A DNA stretch of 64,000 nt from assembly GCF_032191835.1 (NCBI RefSeq), contig NC_083223.1:249612001-249676000 (forward strand), given 5' to 3'. Positions 59,978 to 64,000 of the stretch are shown in pieces (position 1 is the first letter of the stretch; each line of letters begins with the position of its first letter). The stretch comes from Heteronotia binoei (taxonomy: Eukaryota). The notes under the pieces were generated by a model, which did no database searches, was not told where the DNA came from, and was given only the letters and a program-made list of their open reading frames with translations. The position numbers and the translations under genes were made by a program.

Positions 59978-60678
59978 GCCAGTTTGCTGTAGTGATTGAT
60001 TGCATGGACTCTTATCTGGGAGAACTGGATTTGATTCCCCACTCCTCCACTTGCACCAGCTGGAATGGTCTTGGGTCAGCCAGAGCTCTGGCAGAGGTTG
60101 TCCTTAAAAGGGCAGCTGCTGTGAGAGCCCTCTCCAGCCCCACCCACCTCACAGGGTGTCTGTTGTGGGGGAGGAAGGGAAAGGAGATTGTAGGCCACTC
60201 TGAGCCTCTGTCCTTGAAAGGGCAGCTGCTGTGAGAGCCCTCTCAGCCCCACCCACCTCACAGGGTGTCTTTTGTGGGGGACGAAAGTGAAGGAGATTGT
60301 AGGCCGCTCTGAGCCTCTGTCCTTGAAAGGGCAGCTGCTGTGAGAGCCTTCTCAACCCCACCCACCTCACAGGGTGTCTGTTGTGGGGGAGGAAGGGAAA
60401 AGAGATTGTAGGCTGCTCTGAGTCTCTGTCTTTGAAAGGGCAGCTGCTGTGAGAGCCCTCTCTAGCCCCACTCACCTCACCAGGTGTCTGTTGTGGGGGA
60501 GGAAGGGAAAGGAGATTGTAGGCCGCTATGAGCCTCTGTCCTTGAAAGGGCAGCTGCTGTGAGAGCTCTTTCAGCACCACCCACCTCACAGAGTGTCTGT
60601 TGTGGGGGAGGAAGATAAAGGAGAATGTGAGCCGCTCTTAGGCTTTGAGATTCAGAGTGGAGGGTGGGATATGAATCA
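59978..60678 (+). mobile_element. Squam3-type SINE with its 3' body amplified five times in tandem (about 110-bp unit)
   Basis: ggcagctgctgtgagagcc recurs at 60111, 60221, 60330, 60439 and 60549. Confidence 0.92.
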
Positions 60679-60795
60679 AAGTCACTGCTGGGCTTCATGC
60701 AACCCTCCTTCAGAAAGCACTGTAAGCAGCGGCCCTGAAACGAAGAAGGCAAAATATCAGTACAATACTTAAGTATGTCATTCCATCCCTCTGGA
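60679..60795 (-). pseudogene. Inverted 117-bp fragment of the transposase 3' region
   Basis: Reverse complement aligns ungapped to 55028-55144 with 8 mismatches by hand count (PEGWND.LKYC.DILPS.FQGR..QCFLKEGCMKPSSD). Confidence 0.93.
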
Positions 60796-61395
60796 ATTGT
60801 TTTCTGTGGCCCCAGAAGGTGGGACCAGAACCAATGGGTTGAAATTAAATTAAAAGAGTTTCCAGCTTTGAGTGTGGTGGACCAGATGGAGTTCATGGCC
60901 CTTTCCTACTCTGTGGATCTGTAACTGGTTGACAGATCGCACCCAAAGAGTGGTTGTGAATGGTTCCTCATCCTCTTAGAGAGGAGTGACAACAAGTGGA
61001 GTGCCTCAAGGATCTGTCCTGGGACCTGTTTTGTTCAATATCTTTACCAATCAAAGTTTTCAGGTTTTCACGGCTGGTAACATCATTAGGGTTTGTAGAA
61101 TCTTTCGGGCTCAAGTGCTGTGTTCTACTGGAGAAAGTTTTCCTTACAGCTCAACATTAGGAAGAACTTCCTGACCGTTAGAGCGGTTCCTCAGTGGAAT
61201 AGACTTCCTCCTCGGGAGGTGGTGGGCTCTCCTTCCCTGGAGGTTTTTCAACAGAGGCTAGATGGGCATCTGACAGCAATGAAGATCCTGTGAATTTTGG
61301 GGAAGGTGTTTGTGAGTTTCCTGCATTGTGCAGGGAGTTGGACTAGATGACCTGGAGGTCCCTTCCAACTCTATGATTCTATACAATTCTATGAT
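60790..61395 (+). mobile_element. Patchwork of CR1 fragments (post-RT piece, RT piece, 3' end)
   Basis: gaattgttttctgtggccccagaagg (60790-60860), then SGVPQGSVLGPVLFNIF (about 60990-61050), then a 3' end with ctatgattcta tail (61135-61395). The pieces are not in native order. Confidence 0.8.
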
Positions 61396-61407
61396 TTTAG
61401 TGTAGAA

Positions 61408-61543
61408 CAGGGGTGGTCAACGGTAGTTCTCCAGAAGTTTTTTGCCTACAACTCCCATCAGCCCAGCAAGCATGGCTGATGGCTGGGGCTGATGGGAGTT
61501 GTAGGCAAAAAACTTCTGGAGAGCTATCGTTGGCCCCCCCCTG
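61408..61543. mobile_element. Palindromic hAT-type MITE (same family as 9464-9583)
   Basis: CAGGGGTGGTCAAC...GTTGGCCCCCCCCTG. 8-bp TSD GTGTAGAA at 61400-61407 and 61544-61551. Confidence 0.88.
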
Positions 61544-61619
61544 GTGTAGAATGTCAGTTTGGGGACACTGCTAAACCAGGAATAAAGGTCTACTGTGAAA
61601 TTGTTTTCCAACATTCCTA

Positions 61620-64000
61620 TCTTCTCATAAGAGGACCCATGAGGATCCGTGCCGCAAAATCATGTTCTGGATCCATGGTGCTGCCACGAAACCATGGATC
61701 CATTATATCTGTGGAGCAAGCTCTTTCCATGGACGCAGCATGAGATTGGATGGTGAGCTTGGGATGAGCCAATGCAGATATCATGAGGATCCATGAGTAT
61801 ATGTGCTTCAAAGCCATGTTTTCGCTCCATGATGTTGCCACGATGCCAAGGATCTATGATTTCCGGGGTGTAAACTCATGAGGATCCATGGTGCAAAACC
61901 AAGTTCTTCTTCCATGGTGCTGCCACGAAGCCGTGGATCCATGATTTCTGTGGTAGAAGCTCTGCCCATTGACATGATATGCGATTGTATGGTGAGGTTG
62001 GGGGGATCCGAGGCAAAATTAATGAGGATTCTGGAGGATCCGTGGTCCAATACTACATTTTTGGTCTCTGGCGCTGCCACGAAGCCGTGGATCCACGATT
62101 TCTGTGGTGAAAGCTGTACCCATGGACATGATATGTGATTGGATAGTGAGCTTGGGGTGGCCCAAAGTAAAAGTCAGGAGGATTCATGAGGATCCGTGGT
62201 CCAAAAGCAAGTTTTTGGTCCCTGGCGTTGCCACGAAGCTGTGAATCCACGATTTCTGTGCTGCAAACTCTGCCCATGGCATGATATGTGAATGGATGGA
62301 GGGCTTGGGGGGATCCAAAGCAAAAATTATGTGGAACCATGAGGATCCGTGGTCCAAAACCAAGTTTTTGCTCTTTGGCGCTTCCACAAAGCTGTGTATC
62401 TATGATTTCTGTGGTGCAAGCTCTACCCATGGATATGATATGTGATTAAATAGTGAGCTTGGGGTGGCCCAAAGTAAAAATCATGAGGATTCATGAGGAT
62501 CCGTGATTCAAAACCAAGTTTTTGGTCCCTGGCGCTGCCACGAAACCGTGGATCCACGATTTCTGTGGTGTAAACTGTGCCCATGGGCATGATATGTGAC
62601 TGTATGGCGGGCTTGGGGGGTCCGAAGCAGAAATCACGTGGATCCATGAGGATCCGTGGTTTATAACCAAGTTTTTGATTTCTGGAGATGCCACGAAGCC
62701 GTGGATCCATGATTTCTGTGGTGTAAACTGTGCCCATGGACATGATATACGACTGGATGGATGGCTTGGGGGGATCCAAGGCAAAAATCATGTGGATCCA
62801 TGAGGATCCGTGGTCCAAAAGCAAGTTTTTGATTTCTGGCGCTGCCACGAAGCCGTGGATCCATGATTTCTGTGGTGTAAACTGTGCCCATGAACATGAT
62901 ATATGACTGGATGGACGGCTTGGGGGGATCCAAGGCAAAAATCATGTGGATCCATGAGGATCCGTGGTCCAAAAGCAAGTTTTTGGTCGCTGCGCTGCCA
63001 CGAAGCCATGGATCCATGATTTCTGTGGTGTAAGCTGTGCCTATGGACATAATATATGACTGGATGGATGGCTTGGGGGGATCCAAGGCAAAAATCATGT
63101 GGATCCATGAGGATCCGTGGTCCAAAAGCAAGTTTTTGGTCCCTGGCGATGCCACGAAGCCGTGGATCCATGATTTCTGTGGTGTAAACTGTGCCCATGG
63201 ACATGATATGTGACTGTATGGAGAGCTTGGGGGGTCTGAAGCAGAAATCACGTGGATCCATGAGGATCCGTGGTTTATAACCAAGTTTTTGATTTCTGGA
63301 GCTGCCACGAAGCCGTGGATCCATGATTTCTGTGGTGTAAACTGTGCCCATGGACATGATATGTGACTGTATGGAGGGCTTGGGGGGTCCGAAGCAGAAA
63401 TCACATGGATCCATGAGGATCCGTGGTTTATAACCAAGTTTTTGATTTCTGGAGCTGCCACGAAGCCGTGGATCCATGATTTCTGTGTTGTAGACTCTGC
63501 TCATGGACATGATACGTGATTCGATTGAGGGCTTGGGAGGATCTGAAGCAGAAATCATGTGGATCCATGAGGATCCGTGATTCAAAACCAAGTTTTTGGT
63601 CCCTGGCGCTGCCATGAAACCATGGAGCCATGATTTCTGTGGTGTAAACTGTGCCCATGGACATGATATGTGGCTGTATGGAGGACTTGGGGGGATCCGA
63701 AGCAGAAATCACATGGATCCATGAGGATCCGTGGTCCAAAAGCAAGTTTTTGGTCCCTGGCGCTGCCACGAAGCCATGGATCCATGATTTCTGTGGTGTA
63801 AACTGTGCCCATGAACATGATATATGACTGGATGGACGGCTTGGGGGGATCCAAGGCAAAAATCATGTGGATCCATGAGGATCCGTGGTCCAAAAGCAAG
63901 TTTTTGGTCGCTGCGCTGCCACGAAGCCATGGATCCATGATTTCTGTGGTGTAAGCTGTGCCTATGGACATAATATATGACTGGATGGATGGCTTGGGGG
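61620..64000 (-). repeat. Right arm: at least 15 units of the same 153/154-bp satellite, inverted, continuing past the window end
   Basis: Reverse complement of the left-arm unit (ggatccatgaggatccgtgg...ccacgaagccgtggatccatgatttctgtggtgtaaactgtgcccatgg). Degenerate at the inner end (61620-62560). Confidence 0.98.

Larger units (their letters stand above)
41131..64000 (+). mobile_element. Putative giant Foldback-like Mutator/MULE DNA transposon (right end beyond window)
   Basis: Inverted arrays of the same 153/154-bp unit flank a MULE-type transposase ORF. A short unique tip GGGTCTGGGTAAAAGTCGG starts at 41131. The TSD cannot be verified because the right end is outside the window. Confidence 0.7.

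Noticed and set aside
61808-63971. Repetitive minus-strand ORFs in the right array
   Set aside because: The same satellite-translation artefact on the opposite strand.

Overview
Vertebrate nuclear DNA from a squamate reptile, probably a gecko; this is inferred from Sauria-type and MIR/Ther1-derived SINEs plus CR1, L2 and BovB LINE fragments. The left 41 kb is the RBM14-CCS-CCDC87-RBM4 gene cluster. RBM14 (minus strand) has 3 coding exons and 644 aa. CCS (minus) has 8 exons and 272 aa. The single-exon CCDC87 (plus, 868 aa) lies head-to-head with CCS. An RBM4/RBM4B-like gene (minus, 357 aa) has non-coding first and last exons. All coding-exon junctions were read by hand, are GT-AG and keep frame. 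The standout starts at about 41131 and runs off the window end. It appears to be a giant (>22.8 kb) Foldback-like Mutator (MULE) element. Its two arms are arrays of the same 153/154-bp satellite in inverted orientation (about 41150-46600 on plus, about 61620 to beyond 64000 on minus). They enclose an uninterrupted 1045-aa ORF (52131-55268) with a CG-1-like DNA-binding region, a MULE DDE core, a SWIM finger, a Ulp1/SENP protease domain with an intact catalytic triad, and a C-terminal PHD finger. The right terminus is outside the window, so the target-site duplication and the element boundaries are predictions. No database searches were run; domain and family names come from motif recognition.
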